Shown: positions 50,076 through 60,819 of the stretch, piece by piece | How the letters are laid out: each line of letters starts with the position of its first letter | Numbering within the stretch: position 1 is the stretch's first letter | DNA from: Gammaproteobacteria bacterium | GTDB lineage: Bacteria > Pseudomonadota > Gammaproteobacteria > Steroidobacterales > UBA11654 | Assembly: GCA_029941465.1 (NCBI GenBank) | Contig: JAPYQN010000002.1 | Span: forward strand, 548 to 64,547 | DNA length: 64,000 nt | Reading direction: 5' to 3' | Translations under genes and position numbers: made by a program | Notes under the pieces: generated by a model | Database searches by the model: none | The model's input: the letters and a program-made list of their open reading frames with translations, nothing else | What the model was told of the DNA's origin: nothing

Positions 50076-51065
50076 ATGAACAAACCTTTTGCTGTAACCA
50101 CAGGGGAACCAGCTGGAATTGGTCCTGATATCTCTCTCTCAATTGCGTGCCGAGATGATGCCTCTGATTTTGTTGTGTTTGGTAATTTGAACTTACTCAA
50201 AAAGAGAGCTCGAGTTCTGGATATAAAGTTGTCATTTATTGAATATGAACCTCAATCACAACCAATCGTCTTAGAGAAAAATCAATTACTGGTTCAAGAT
50301 TTCAGTCTCACTGAAGAAGTTCGGTGTAGTTATTTAAATGAAGCTAATAGCCCGTATGTGCTTAAAATGATAAAACAAGCCACTAAAGGCTGTCTTAGAG
50401 GTGATTTTTCTGGTTTTATCACGGGCCCTGTTAGTAAGGAAGTAATTGCAAACAGTGGTTTTGAATTCAAAGGTCATACTGAATATATTGGTAATTTGTG
50501 TAAAACATCACCCGTGATGTCCTTTATATCAGATGATATGAAACTGGCATTAGCAACAACTCATGTTAGCTTACAAGAAGTGCCTTCACTAATTACTCAA
50601 GATTTGCTTATGAATATTTGTGATATTATTTCCTTCGACCTAAATCAGTATTTCGGTATATCAGAGCCTCGTATTGCTATATTAGGGCTTAATCCACATG
50701 CAGGAGAAAATGGGTTACTTGGCAGTGAAGAAATACAAACTATAATTCCAGTAATTGAAGCAATGCGTAATAAGGGTTTGAATATATTTGGTCCCTATGC
50801 TGCTGACACCGTTTTATTACAAAACAATGATATGGATATCATTGTTAGTCTTTTTCATGATCAAATCCTACCTCTTTTTAAGTATTCTTACCCACATCTT
50901 GCTGCTAATGTCACCATGGGACTTGGTATTATTAGAACCTCAGTGGATCATGGTATTGCCCTTAAACAAGCTGGAAGAAAAAACACAAATAACCAAAGTC
51001 TAAATTTTGCGTTGGATACAGCAAAAAAAATGTCCGCTTGTTATGCCAGAAGTAAAAGTAACTAA
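50076..51065 (+). CDS. pdxA: 4-hydroxythreonine-4-phosphate dehydrogenase
   Basis: Contains TTGEPAGIGPDI, ITGPVSKEV, GHTEY and NPHAGE motifs. Confidence 0.9.
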   Translation: MNKPFAVTTGEPAGIGPDISLSIACRDDASDFVVFGNLNLLKKRARVLDIKLSFIEYEPQSQPIVLEKNQLLVQDFSLTEEVRCSYLNEANSPYVLKMIKQATKGCLRGDFSGFITGPVSKEVIANSGFEFKGHTEYIGNLCKTSPVMSFISDDMKLALATTHVSLQEVPSLITQDLLMNICDIISFDLNQYFGISEPRIAILGLNPHAGENGLLGSEEIQTIIPVIEAMRNKGLNIFGPYAADTVLLQNNDMDIIVSLFHDQILPLFKYSYPHLAANVTMGLGIIRTSVDHGIALKQAGRKNTNNQSLNFALDTAKKMSACYARSKSN

Positions 51066-51822
51066 CGCGCGTAAACGATTCAGTCAAAATTTCTTGCATG
51101 ACAAGAATATTATCAACAAAATTATTAACGTCATCAGCCCAAATATTAAAGACCATATTCTTGAAATTGGACCGGGTCATGGAGCTTTAACCTATGCCTT
51201 ATTAGACAAAATAAACTTCATAGAAGTTATTGAAATAGATAGAGATTTAGCAAAATTAATGATTGAAGGCCAGCGTTCTGAAAAAATTTTGTTACATCAG
51301 ACAGATGCCTTGAAATATAACTTTAGCTCAAGCTATAAGAATAAAAAAATTAGACTGATTGGCAACTTACCCTATCATATTTCGACACCTTTAATTTTTC
51401 ATATCATCAAATATAATCAGTATTTTTCTGACATACATCTAATGCTTCAAAAGGAAGTAGCAGAACGAGTGGTGAGCCAGCCTAATTCTAAAATATATGG
51501 GCGGCTATCAGTTGCAATTCAGGCACGTTGTAATGTTCAAAAGTTTTTTGATATAAAACCAAATGCCTTTTACCCAGCCCCAAAAGTAATGTCTTCTATC
51601 ATTAAACTCACACCAAAAGCACCACTTGAAGATCAAATTGATATTGAGCTTAACCAAATCCTCATTGCTGCTTTTAACCAACGTAGGAAAAAGATAACTA
51701 ACTCCTTAAAAGGCCTATTGACAATCGATCAAATTAAGAAAGCAAACATTAACCCTGAATGCAGACCTGAAAACCTAACTGTTGATGATTTTTTAAGGTT
51801 ATCAAAAGCCAGGAATAAGTGA
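51043..51822 (+). CDS. rsmA: 16S rRNA (adenine1518/1519-N6)-dimethyltransferase
   Basis: Contains KRFSQNFL, EIGPGHGALT and GNLPYHIST motifs. The ATG at 51043 overlaps the pdxA end by 23 nt. Confidence 0.9.
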   Translation: MPEVKVTNARKRFSQNFLHDKNIINKIINVISPNIKDHILEIGPGHGALTYALLDKINFIEVIEIDRDLAKLMIEGQRSEKILLHQTDALKYNFSSSYKNKKIRLIGNLPYHISTPLIFHIIKYNQYFSDIHLMLQKEVAERVVSQPNSKIYGRLSVAIQARCNVQKFFDIKPNAFYPAPKVMSSIIKLTPKAPLEDQIDIELNQILIAAFNQRRKKITNSLKGLLTIDQIKKANINPECRPENLTVDDFLRLSKARNK

Positions 51823-52635
51823 ATGAGTACCTACGCCATTGGTGATGTTCAAGGTTGCTTCGATGAACTCATCTTATTACTGGAAAGAATTAATTTTAAT
51901 ACTGCTACTGACAATCTTATTTTTACTGGAGACCTTGTCAACAGAGGCCCTGATTCGTTAAAAGTCTTGGAATATCTTTATTCAATCAATGGATCAGTCA
52001 TTAATGTGTTGGGCAACCATGATTTTCATCTCATTGCTCTAACTTTAAAAAATGGAAACATTAAAACAAAAGATGAAACACTAAAACCGATATTAGAGTC
52101 TCCAAATAAAATCAACCTTATTGAATGGCTGCGCCATCAACCCTTACTCCACATTGATAAAGAGACGAATATAATCGTGGTTCATGCAGGCATCCATCCT
52201 CATTGGAACATTAAGCAGGCGCAAGCTTATGCTCATGAGATAGAAACTATCATCAGTGTGAATCAGGCTGATGATTTTTTTAGCAAGATGTACACCAATG
52301 AATCATGGAAAAAAGGACTTGAAGATACTGAGCGACATAATGCTATCGTAAATACTTTTACTAGAATGAGATATTTAACTGACGATGGTATATGTGATTT
52401 TAAACAAAAAAACTCACCCGATAAGGTCAATCACTTGATACCTTGGTATGCATATCCAGAGAGAAGAATTAATAAAAATCTTATAGTTTTTGGTCATTGG
52501 TCTACAGTTAATTACTTGCATGATCAAAGGGTTGTTTGCCTAGATGGAGGCTGTGTCTGGGGTGGTCAACTAATAGCTATTGATCTTAGTAAACCTAATT
52601 TACCAATTAAAGTTGATAGCCTTAAATTGATATAG
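51823..52635 (+). CDS. apaH: Bis(5'-nucleosyl)-tetraphosphatase (symmetrical)
   Basis: Contains [21 protein letters not shown] and GHW motifs. It starts immediately after the rsmA stop. Confidence 0.9.
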   Translation: MSTYAIGDVQGCFDELILLLERINFNTATDNLIFTGDLVNRGPDSLKVLEYLYSINGSVINVLGNHDFHLIALTLKNGNIKTKDETLKPILESPNKINLIEWLRHQPLLHIDKETNIIVVHAGIHPHWNIKQAQAYAHEIETIISVNQADDFFSKMYTNESWKKGLEDTERHNAIVNTFTRMRYLTDDGICDFKQKNSPDKVNHLIPWYAYPERRINKNLIVFGHWSTVNYLHDQRVVCLDGGCVWGGQLIAIDLSKPNLPIKVDSLKLI

Positions 52636-53458
52636 GTGCTGGTATATGCGGATGATACTCATAGTTAGTTAACTCAAAATCATCATAGGCATAATCGAAA
52701 ATTGAATCTGGCTTAGTCTTTATCATTAATTGAGGCAAGCTATACGGGGTCCTTGCAAGCTGTTCCTTAGCTTGCTCTAAATGGTTAAGATACAAATGTA
52801 CATCCCCACCAGTCCAAATAAATTCGCCTAATTTTAGGTCACACTGTTGTGCCAACATGTGAGTCAATAAACTATAGGATGCTATATTAAAACCCAGCCC
52901 TAGAAATGTGTCACAACTCCTTTGATAGAGTTGACAAGATAACGCACCTTGAGAAACAAAAAACTGAAAAAAAGCATGGCACGGTGCTAGTGCCATTTTG
53001 TGATTCATTACATTGTCTTGAGGTGAAATTTTTTCATCCGGTAAATCAGCAACATTCCAGGCACTGACAATAATTCTTCTTGAGCTTGGATTATTCTTCA
53101 ATTGATCAACTACATTCTCGATTTGATCAATAGGCTTCCCAGTATTATGGTCTAGCCAGTGTCTCCACTGGTAACCATATATTGGTCCTAGATCGCCAGA
53201 TTCATCTTCCCATTCATCCCAAATGTGTACACCATTATCTTTAAGTTTCTTGTTGTCTGTTGAGCCGTCTAGAAACCAGAGTAGCTCGTAGACCACCCCT
53301 TTAAAAAAAATTTTCTTTGTCGTCAATATAGGGAAACCATCATTAAGATTAAAGCGCATTTGATGACCAAAAAAACTACGTGTGCCAGTGCCAGTTCTAT
53401 CCTCTTTTACCTGCCCTTCGTCGAGTATCTTCTGAAGTAAATCCAAATATTGTTGCAC
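52622..53458 (-). CDS. thyA: Thymidylate synthase (ThyA type)
   Basis: Contains [19 protein letters not shown] and the catalytic [10 protein letters not shown]. 278 aa. Confidence 0.95.
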   Translation of the reverse strand: MQQYLDLLQKILDEGQVKEDRTGTGTRSFFGHQMRFNLNDGFPILTTKKIFFKGVVYELLWFLDGSTDNKKLKDNGVHIWDEWEDESGDLGPIYGYQWRHWLDHNTGKPIDQIENVVDQLKNNPSSRRIIVSAWNVADLPDEKISPQDNVMNHKMALAPCHAFFQFFVSQGALSCQLYQRSCDTFLGLGFNIASYSLLTHMLAQQCDLKLGEFIWTGGDVHLYLNHLEQAKEQLARTPYSLPQLMIKTKPDSIFDYAYDDFELTNYEYHPHIPAPISI

Positions 53459-53492
53459 GAACAGCTCCTTATCAATTAGAAAAAATAAATAT

Positions 53493-54278
53493 TTATTTTA
53501 CCCTTAGTTTGTTTGCAATAATAATGCAAAAACCAAATATCATCATTGGAATTGTAAGTAAGTGGCCCAAGGTTAACCACTCCCCGTATAAATAGCCAAT
53601 ATGCGCATCAGGTAACCTAAAGAATTCAATAAAAATTCTAAAACACCCATAAATTATTAAGAACACAGCGGCAGGAAACCCACTGGGTCTTTTTTTCTTA
53701 GTGTATAGCCATAAAATAATAAACAACAATAGTCCTTCTAGAGTTGCTTCATAGAGTTGTGTTGCATGCCTTTGTGTTCCTTGAACTAAAAAACCAACAA
53801 CAGAATCTGTTGGCCGTCCCCATAGTTCGCCATTAATAAAATTACCTATCCTTCCTAACCCAAGACCTATAGGAACCAAGGGTGCTACAAAATCTATAAC
53901 TGAAACAAACGGTTGCTGAACACGTTTTGATATTATAAACACTGCAAACAATACCCCTAATAAACCCCCATGAAAGGACATCCCTCCATTCCATAATTGA
54001 GGTAGCGCTATTAACCATGACAAAGGATTGCTAATTAAATGCATGGTGTCATAAAACAGCATATAGCCAAGCCTACCGCCTAGAATCACGCCAATAACAG
54101 CATAAAAAATTACATCATCAATGTGTTCCTTGGATAGTGGAGACCAATCTTGTTTAACTCTTATTCTCGCTAACCTGAATGCTGCAACAAAACCCAGCAG
54201 ATACATAATCCCGTACCAAGCAATTGAAATTGGACCAATCTGAATTGCTATAGGATTAATCTCTGGATAAACCAACAT
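53493..54278 (-). CDS. lgt: Prolipoprotein diacylglyceryl transferase
   Basis: Contains [10 protein letters not shown] and [16 protein letters not shown] motifs. Polytopic. Upstream of thyA, as in E. coli. Confidence 0.9.
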   Translation of the reverse strand: MLVYPEINPIAIQIGPISIAWYGIMYLLGFVAAFRLARIRVKQDWSPLSKEHIDDVIFYAVIGVILGGRLGYMLFYDTMHLISNPLSWLIALPQLWNGGMSFHGGLLGVLFAVFIISKRVQQPFVSVIDFVAPLVPIGLGLGRIGNFINGELWGRPTDSVVGFLVQGTQRHATQLYEATLEGLLLFIILWLYTKKKRPSGFPAAVFLIIYGCFRIFIEFFRLPDAHIGYLYGEWLTLGHLLTIPMMIFGFCIIIANKLRVK

Positions 54279-54299
54279 AAATCAATCATTCCTTAATCA

Positions 54300-55139
54300 T
54301 TACCAAGGAATGATACCCTTGTTATAATTGGTTGCCTTACCCCTATTTTTCCTGATTGTTTGAGGTGAAATTTCTTCAATCACTTCTATCAAGCCAATTG
54401 CACTGTCATCTGTGGTTATCACTCCAGGACCGGCATAACCTGACTCATCTAATAGTTGCGTATCAACCATCCCAGGAGCAATAAGTGCCGACATTACCCC
54501 TTTTGATTTCAAACTAACATTCATTGCTATCACCCCCATATTCAATGCTGCCTTACTCATCCTATAGAAATAAAAACGATCTGTGTTGCCTGTAATCTGC
54601 ATAGAACCTAAACCGCTGGTCATTGACACTATTTTTTTTTGCTTGCTAAGTGCAACATTGTCAGAAAATGCTTCGGCGACCTTTAAGGGCCCATAAGCAT
54701 TTACTGCCATAACTTTCTCAAAAGTTGACTGACTCAAAGAACCAAACGTTTGAGCTTCAACATCACCAAGAATACCTGCATTGTTTATCAGAACATCTAT
54801 AGCAACGCCTTCATATTTTCTCGCTAAAGACTCTATTTCATCTAAATCAGTTACATCTAATTGCTCAATTAAAATATTAGGATAATCACCCAGTAGTTTA
54901 TTCAAGTCATTAGCACGTTCAGGGCTACGGCATGTTGCTATTATATTCCATCCTTTAATCGCATAGTTTCTTACTAGAGCTAAACCAATACCTCGATTTG
55001 AACCTGTAATAAAAACAGTGGGATTGCTTTGATCATATACTTTTACGTGATTATGATCTGCTTTAACAGTTGAAAAAACACTCATTAGGAAACTAAAAAA
55101 AATGAGGTAGATTGTCTGCGCAATCGGAGATTTTTTCAT
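54300..55139 (-). CDS. Short-chain dehydrogenase/reductase, C-factor/sniffer-like, with Sec-type signal peptide (paralog B)
   Basis: Contains ITGSNRGIG, NNAG, YRMSK and C-terminal ...GIIPW. N-terminus MKKSPIAQTIYLIFFSFLMSVFSTVKA/D. There is no alternative start codon before the Rossmann motif. Confidence 0.8.
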   Translation of the reverse strand: MKKSPIAQTIYLIFFSFLMSVFSTVKADHNHVKVYDQSNPTVFITGSNRGIGLALVRNYAIKGWNIIATCRSPERANDLNKLLGDYPNILIEQLDVTDLDEIESLARKYEGVAIDVLINNAGILGDVEAQTFGSLSQSTFEKVMAVNAYGPLKVAEAFSDNVALSKQKKIVSMTSGLGSMQITGNTDRFYFYRMSKAALNMGVIAMNVSLKSKGVMSALIAPGMVDTQLLDESGYAGPGVITTDDSAIGLIEVIEEISPQTIRKNRGKATNYNKGIIPW

Positions 55140-55254
55140 TGGGCAACTCCTTATCTTGAGTTATCTATTGTAAATAAAAAATATAGTTTATATAGAACTG
55201 TTTGTTGTTGAGGCATCAATTAGGTTCTACAATGGTAAGAAAGGAGCGAAATTT

Positions 55255-55650
55255 ATGAATACTCAAAAAACTGTGCTTTTATCCTGCCTAGTATTAAGCA
55301 GCCTATGCAGTAATTCACTATTAGCAAGTAACCATCACGACAGTGAATCTAATGAATTAAATGGAACTGGCCATTGTATTTATATGGCAGATAACCCATT
55401 TGCGGGTGAGCCTTATAAAGCGTGTAGAACAAATGTCTCAGAAGAGTTTTGCATGAACTATCCCGAGGTTGGTGATGGCATGGTCAGCATTCTTGAGCCT
55501 GCCTATTCGGAAGGGGATTGCCCTCGAGAAGAATCCGTTGGTTCGTGTGAAAGAGGTGGATGGGAAGAAGTCTACTATCAAGACAGCAATCAGGGTCCTA
55601 TGGGCGTAGAATTTGGTTGTAATTTTGCTGGAGAATGGATAGCTCCATGA
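55255..55650 (+). CDS. Small secreted cysteine-rich protein (131 aa), unknown function
   Basis: AAGGAG Shine-Dalgarno sequence and a signal peptide (...CSNSLLASN). The predicted mature, acidic part contains six Cys. Confidence 0.5.
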   Translation: MNTQKTVLLSCLVLSSLCSNSLLASNHHDSESNELNGTGHCIYMADNPFAGEPYKACRTNVSEEFCMNYPEVGDGMVSILEPAYSEGDCPREESVGSCERGGWEEVYYQDSNQGPMGVEFGCNFAGEWIAP

Positions 55651-55714
55651 TTTAAACATTTTCTGAACCCAAGAAAGAGTATTTTACAAAATTAAAATAC
55701 AAAGAAGTTTAAAA

Positions 55715-56665
55715 ATGTTTTCTAGAATTTTTTTAAGGCTCGCTTTGGTCTTAGTAATTCTTGGCTATGGTGCATTAGTCATTTATGCCTATCTACCCTT
55801 AGAAGAAATACCAATTAATGAATTGGCTACTGAGGAAGATTTTTTTATTAAGGTCAGCGGCCATGATATTCGCTATAGACAACACCTTACACAGGAAGAC
55901 CATAGTCCAAATCTAATATTGATTCACGGGTTTGGAAATAATTTACATTCATGGAGATCAATCACTCCTCTTCTGTCAGAAAACTATAATATTTTTGCTT
56001 TAGATTTGCCTGGGTTTGGCTTATCAGAAAAGCCGACAGATTATGACTACAGTAATGCTAACCAGGCTAAAACCATTGGAAAATTTGCTGATGCTTTAAA
56101 CCTTAACTCATTTATAGTGGGTGGCCATTCTTTAGGTGGCGCCATTGGCTTGCATGTTGCAATGAATAACGAAAAAACCAAAGGTTTGATTTTATTCAAT
56201 CCAGGCATTATCAACACAGGCGTACCTGAGTTTGCAAGATATATTAATTTGATTTTCCCCTTTTCTAGGGTTTCAGCAAAGCAGTTTGCCAATAGAGAAT
56301 TTAGAGAAGAATTTTTAAAACGTTCTTATCATAACCCATCAATTGTCAATGAACAGGTAATGGATGAGATCATGATAGGATCAAAAACTGAAGGCTATCT
56401 TGAAGGAACAAGCAGTATGTTGGGTAAGTTTTATGATGCGAATGAGGCTGAGTTGATGGATCAAGTAAGTACTCCAACACTAATAGTTTTTGGAATTGAG
56501 GATCGAAACAAATCAATGGCAGAAGCTCTGCAACTAAAAGAAGGTTTTAAAAATAGTAAATTACAATTGATTAAAGATGCTGGTCATTATGTTCATGAAG
56601 AAGCGCCTGTCATAGTTTCTGAAAGCATCATTAGAGAGATGACTTTTCTAACTGAACGAGGCTAA
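55715..56665 (+). CDS. Membrane-anchored alpha/beta-fold hydrolase
   Basis: N-terminal TM segment, HGFG oxyanion region, nucleophile elbow GHSLGG, and C-terminal AGHYVHEE. Confidence 0.8.
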   Translation: MFSRIFLRLALVLVILGYGALVIYAYLPLEEIPINELATEEDFFIKVSGHDIRYRQHLTQEDHSPNLILIHGFGNNLHSWRSITPLLSENYNIFALDLPGFGLSEKPTDYDYSNANQAKTIGKFADALNLNSFIVGGHSLGGAIGLHVAMNNEKTKGLILFNPGIINTGVPEFARYINLIFPFSRVSAKQFANREFREEFLKRSYHNPSIVNEQVMDEIMIGSKTEGYLEGTSSMLGKFYDANEAELMDQVSTPTLIVFGIEDRNKSMAEALQLKEGFKNSKLQLIKDAGHYVHEEAPVIVSESIIREMTFLTERG

Positions 56666-56674
56666 AATTATTCT

Positions 56675-57130
56675 ATGTCAAAGATTATCAAAGCTCATAT
56701 CAAACATTTAGATGAAGTTGCCAGGCTATTTAACCTTTATAGAGTATTTTATAAACAACCAGATGATTTAGAAAGGGCTCATCAGTTCATTAAAAACAGA
56801 ATGGAAATGGATGAATCCACAATTTTTGTTTCTGATAATGGCGACGGAACCTTAAATGGTTTCGTTCAACTCTATCCCTCTTTTTGCTCAGTGAGCACCA
56901 TCCCTATTTTAATTCTTTATGATTTGTTTGTTGACCCTGATATAAGAACTAAAGGTATAGGGAGAGCTCTAATGAATAAGGCGAGTCAATACGCTAAAGA
57001 GAATGGCTTTAAGCGCTTAGAACTGTCAACAGCAAAAGACAATTTCATTGGTCAATCCCTCTATGAGTCTTTGGACTATGAAGTTGATGATGAATTCCTT
57101 CATTACAGTTTAGAGATTAATGAGGATTGA
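56675..57130 (+). CDS. GNAT-family N-acetyltransferase
   Basis: 151 aa. Acetyl-CoA motif A: LFVDPDIRTKGIGRALMNKA. Confidence 0.8.
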   Translation: MSKIIKAHIKHLDEVARLFNLYRVFYKQPDDLERAHQFIKNRMEMDESTIFVSDNGDGTLNGFVQLYPSFCSVSTIPILILYDLFVDPDIRTKGIGRALMNKASQYAKENGFKRLELSTAKDNFIGQSLYESLDYEVDDEFLHYSLEINED

Positions 57131-57144
57131 ATTTTATTAATTAA

Positions 57145-57432
57145 TCAGCCGGAATCAGGTACTGATCTTACACGTTCCCTATTTTGCTGCTCTCTTAAAA
57201 TTCTTTGGCTTTTTTTTGCCATAGCTTCTTCTTCTTCAATCGTATAGCAAACCTTTTTTTTAATTCTACTTCCAGAGACAGAAACTTGACGACAAATTTT
57301 ATTATCTTTTTTTGCCTCTGCAGTTGCTTGGCTTTGATTGTTTTTGTTAGTGATATTTTCCTCTACTTCTTGATTTGCAACGCACCCGATAAGTAAAAGG
57401 AATATAGGGAAAACTTTTAAGGAAATCTTCAT
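57145..57432 (-). CDS. Small lipoprotein (95 aa), Lys/Glu-rich
   Basis: Lipobox LLLIGC near the N-terminus, followed by a highly charged remainder. Confidence 0.5.
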   Translation of the reverse strand: MKISLKVFPIFLLLIGCVANQEVEENITNKNNQSQATAEAKKDNKICRQVSVSGSRIKKKVCYTIEEEEAMAKKSQRILREQQNRERVRSVPDSG

Positions 57433-57459
57433 ATCTTATGGTATCAAATTAGATAGATT

Positions 57460-58404
57460 TCAGGAAGACAGATGAAATTCAGCAACCCCGCCAAAACTTC
57501 TTTTTGGAACTGCAAAACCAGTGTCAATTGACCCAACCACTTTTCCATCATCTAAACTAACTTTTAACATGATTCCTGAAAAGATATTTGCAGTAAAAAA
57601 ATGTTTGCCATCAGATGACGGGGTTAATTGAGCAATACCCCATCCGTGTTCACTCAAGTCTATGGTTTGAATCACATTGCCCTGCTCATCTAAGATCTCA
57701 ATATAATCTCCTCGTGAATGAAGCAATCTTCCATCAGGTAAATAATTAACTGCGATAGCCACTACCTTATCGGTTAAATCGCCAGGTAATACCACTAGGT
57801 CATTCATTTGCTGACGATTCACAATATCGTACTGCATTACTTTTTTCCCTATTTCGGTGGTGTAGGTGATGAATTGTTCACTGGGGTGCATAGTTGAATG
57901 GGTTATACCTTTGAAATGGTGAAACTCAGGGGAATAAACTACATCAAAAACATCAACCAACTCTAAATCTGAATTAAACTTATGTATATTTGCGTAACCC
58001 AATAAATCAAGCCCTGGAAGACGTTTCATGTAACTCCCAGGGTATGGGGTATTACCAACAAGGGCTTCCCCTAAATAGATATTGCCGTCTTTATCAAAAG
58101 TCGCATTTGAAAATGCCCGATCTCCAAAATGATGATGTGGCATCTGATAACCATCTGAAGAAACCCTCACAACAATATGATTATGCATATCAAATCCCCA
58201 TAGGGTTCCTTGTTGATCGATAGTTAATCCAATTACTAAATGCTCAGTGCCCTCTGTCCATAACACTCCTTTAGATTGAAGATTCTTGTCATACTGCAAG
58301 ATTCTCCCGTCCCCTTTGTGATCATCAGTCTCATCATTCAAGTAAGTACAGCCGAGGAAAATATCCCCATCTGCGAAAGGTTTTATCGTGTTTTCTTTAT
58401 TCAT
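57460..58404 (-). CDS. Uncharacterised protein, probably beta-propeller fold (paralog B)
   Basis: 314 aa and colinear with 11204-12163. Over residues ~8-63 I count about 33/56 identities by eye. Shared blocks are DDH.GDGRI.QYD, FSNA.F...G..YLGE.LVG and QYDI.N.QQMNDL. Confidence 0.6.
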   Translation of the reverse strand: MNKENTIKPFADGDIFLGCTYLNDETDDHKGDGRILQYDKNLQSKGVLWTEGTEHLVIGLTIDQQGTLWGFDMHNHIVVRVSSDGYQMPHHHFGDRAFSNATFDKDGNIYLGEALVGNTPYPGSYMKRLPGLDLLGYANIHKFNSDLELVDVFDVVYSPEFHHFKGITHSTMHPSEQFITYTTEIGKKVMQYDIVNRQQMNDLVVLPGDLTDKVVAIAVNYLPDGRLLHSRGDYIEILDEQGNVIQTIDLSEHGWGIAQLTPSSDGKHFFTANIFSGIMLKVSLDDGKVVGSIDTGFAVPKRSFGGVAEFHLSS

Positions 58405-58480
58405 GTTTTCACAATTTGAGCTATATCGATAATATAAAGCTAATATTAGAGTTGATTACACAATAGTTAAATAAATTTTT

Positions 58481-59446
58481 ATGATAAAAAAAATCTTTAA
58501 AATCACTCTGATCACTTGCGTTTCCATTCTGAGTCTCTTTTTAGTGAGTCTTTTCTTTGGTGCTCGCTACCCTATGGATAAGAGTGCTGAAGAAATTGAA
58601 GCAAAGTATTTAGAAGAGAGTTCATCTTTTATAAATATTGATGGTGTTAAGATTCATTACACTGATGAAGGTTCGGGTCCAGTCATCCTATTGCTACATG
58701 CCAACTACGCTAACTTAATTGACTGGAAACCTTGGGTTGAAACACTATCCCCTAACTACAGGGTAATTAGATTAGATATACCAGGTCATGGTTTAACAGA
58801 GGCTGATCCTTTAAATGATTATTCAATGCCCAGAACACTCTTCTTGATTGAAACATTGCTTAATTCCTTGGGCATAAAACAATTAAGTATTGCTGGGGCA
58901 TCATTGGGTGGAACTATTGGAATTCATTTTGCACGTAACAATCCCGAGACAGTGGATAATCTTATTTTAGTTAGTCCTGGCGCTCTTAATAAAAGAGTAA
59001 GAGGGAGCAATGAGCCACCAAAACTACCCAGAGTATTTAATCTGATCACACAAATAACACCCAGGTCCTTGGTCAAAGGTTTACTGAACTCCGGTTTTGG
59101 TGAACCCAATAATATCTCTAACGAATTAGTGACCAGGTGGCATGAACTGCTTTTAAGAGAAGGCCAAAGAGATGCTCAAATGGCTAGAATGAAACAATAT
59201 ATTTCAGGTGATATTGATTCGGTGATTGCACAAGTACGATGCCCTGTTTTGATTATGTGGGGTAAAAAAAATAAGGTGGTTGAGGTTGAACTTGCTGATG
59301 AAATGAAAAGACTTTTAATTAATTCACCTGCAGTGGAAACAATTATCTATGAAAATGGAGGGCATCAGCTAGTTCAAGAATTAGGAACTGAAACGGCTAC
59401 TGATGCTTATCAATATTTAGTACAATTTAACCTCAGGAGGACGTAA
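58481..59446 (+). CDS. Membrane-anchored alpha/beta-fold hydrolase (second copy of the family)
   Basis: N-terminal TM segment, nucleophile elbow GASLGG, and C-terminal GGHQLVQE. The architecture is the same as 55715-56665. Confidence 0.8.
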   Translation: MIKKIFKITLITCVSILSLFLVSLFFGARYPMDKSAEEIEAKYLEESSSFINIDGVKIHYTDEGSGPVILLLHANYANLIDWKPWVETLSPNYRVIRLDIPGHGLTEADPLNDYSMPRTLFLIETLLNSLGIKQLSIAGASLGGTIGIHFARNNPETVDNLILVSPGALNKRVRGSNEPPKLPRVFNLITQITPRSLVKGLLNSGFGEPNNISNELVTRWHELLLREGQRDAQMARMKQYISGDIDSVIAQVRCPVLIMWGKKNKVVEVELADEMKRLLINSPAVETIIYENGGHQLVQELGTETATDAYQYLVQFNLRRT

Positions 59447-60816
59447 TGAATATATTAAGAAAATTCTTTGTCCTAACGATAGTATTAATCTCAAATTCTT
59501 CGTTAGGTGCTAGTGATTATTTAGATCTAGGCATAAATATTTTATCTGACTTAGTCGCAATTGAATCAACTGCCAACGAGGGTTTAGCAACAGAAGCGAG
59601 TGAGCATTCTAAAACTCTACTAATTAATCGTGGCTTTAAAGAAGACCATCTCTTGGTTGTGGGTCCCAGTGAGTCTACTAAAGGCCTATACGCTGTTTAT
59701 AAAGGTGAATCCTCAAACAACCCTACTGTGGTTATGGCCCACCTTGATGTGGTACCAGCAGTTAAAGATTCTTGGGAATCTGACCCGTTTCAACTGACTG
59801 AAATTGATGGCTTCCTTCATGGGCGAGGTGCCAGTGATAATAAAGGGGGCGCAGCTGCATTGCTGACTACCTTTATTAGACTTAGAGACGAAGGATTTAA
59901 ACCACAAAACGACATCATCATGCTACTGACAGGGGATGAAGAAACAGGAATGTTAGGCATCAAATACTTTAGAGATAATTTTGAGTCTGTAAGAAATGCA
60001 CACTTTGCTCTTAATGCAGACGGTGGTTATCTAAGTGGAACAATGGAAAACCCTGAGGCATTCCGCTTACAATCAGCTGAAAAAGTTTATATGACAGTGA
60101 CCATGACGACCTCTAATCGCGGAGGTCACAGCTCCATACCACGAAAAGACAATGCAATTTATGAGTTAGCAAATGCTATAAAGAAAGTAGAAACATACAA
60201 ATTTCCAATTAGCTTAAACCAAACCACTGAATCGACACTTGAGTTCGCTCTAAAAAAAGCAGAAGGCCGTGCAAAAAGAGAAATTAGAGCAATCTTAGAT
60301 GGAGGAAAACAATTGGGTGATTTTGAAATGGTAGATAACAACCCTGCAGTGAATGCCATTCTAAGGACAACTTGTGTGGCTACAAAACTGATTGCTGGAC
60401 ATGCTGAGAATGCTCTTCCAGTCTCTGCTACAGCTACTGTTAACTGCAGAGTATTACCACATGAAGAACCTGCAAAGATATTAACGACTTTACAAGATTT
60501 AGTGGGAAACAATGTTGACATTGAACCCGTAGCTAATTTTCAAAAAAGCCCCGTTTCTCCAATTACATCTGAGATCAAAAAATTGATTGAAGAATCAATG
60601 GGTAAAATTTTTCCCAATCTGCCTATAGTGGCAACTATGTCAACAGGCGCAACGGATGCTATTTCTCTGAGAAGTATTGGGATCCCAGTTTATGGAACCA
60701 GCGGGATGATGACAGATCCTACTGGATATAGAGGTCATGGGTTAAATGAAAGAATAGAAATCAGTGCATACCAAGTTGCACTTGAATTCTGGTATGAAAT
60801 TATGCAAGAGCTATAG
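59446..60816 (+). CDS. Exported M20-family metallopeptidase
   Basis: Signal peptide, HLDVVPA, GRGASDNKGG and TGDEETG metal/catalytic motifs. 456 aa. Confidence 0.85.
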   Translation: MNILRKFFVLTIVLISNSSLGASDYLDLGINILSDLVAIESTANEGLATEASEHSKTLLINRGFKEDHLLVVGPSESTKGLYAVYKGESSNNPTVVMAHLDVVPAVKDSWESDPFQLTEIDGFLHGRGASDNKGGAAALLTTFIRLRDEGFKPQNDIIMLLTGDEETGMLGIKYFRDNFESVRNAHFALNADGGYLSGTMENPEAFRLQSAEKVYMTVTMTTSNRGGHSSIPRKDNAIYELANAIKKVETYKFPISLNQTTESTLEFALKKAEGRAKREIRAILDGGKQLGDFEMVDNNPAVNAILRTTCVATKLIAGHAENALPVSATATVNCRVLPHEEPAKILTTLQDLVGNNVDIEPVANFQKSPVSPITSEIKKLIEESMGKIFPNLPIVATMSTGATDAISLRSIGIPVYGTSGMMTDPTGYRGHGLNERIEISAYQVALEFWYEIMQEL

Positions 60817-60819
60817 ATT

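Noticed and set aside
51822-51823. apaG is missing between rsmA and apaH, and ybeD is missing between dacA and lipB (42960-43023).
   Set aside because: Loss or relocation of small accessory genes from conserved clusters is expected in streamlined genomes and is not a system in itself. It needs the whole genome to evaluate.
56675-57130. The GNAT acetyltransferase was considered as a possible TacT/AtaT-type toxin.
   Set aside because: There is no small RHH/DUF1778-type antitoxin gene upstream. The gene is coupled to an alpha/beta hydrolase instead.
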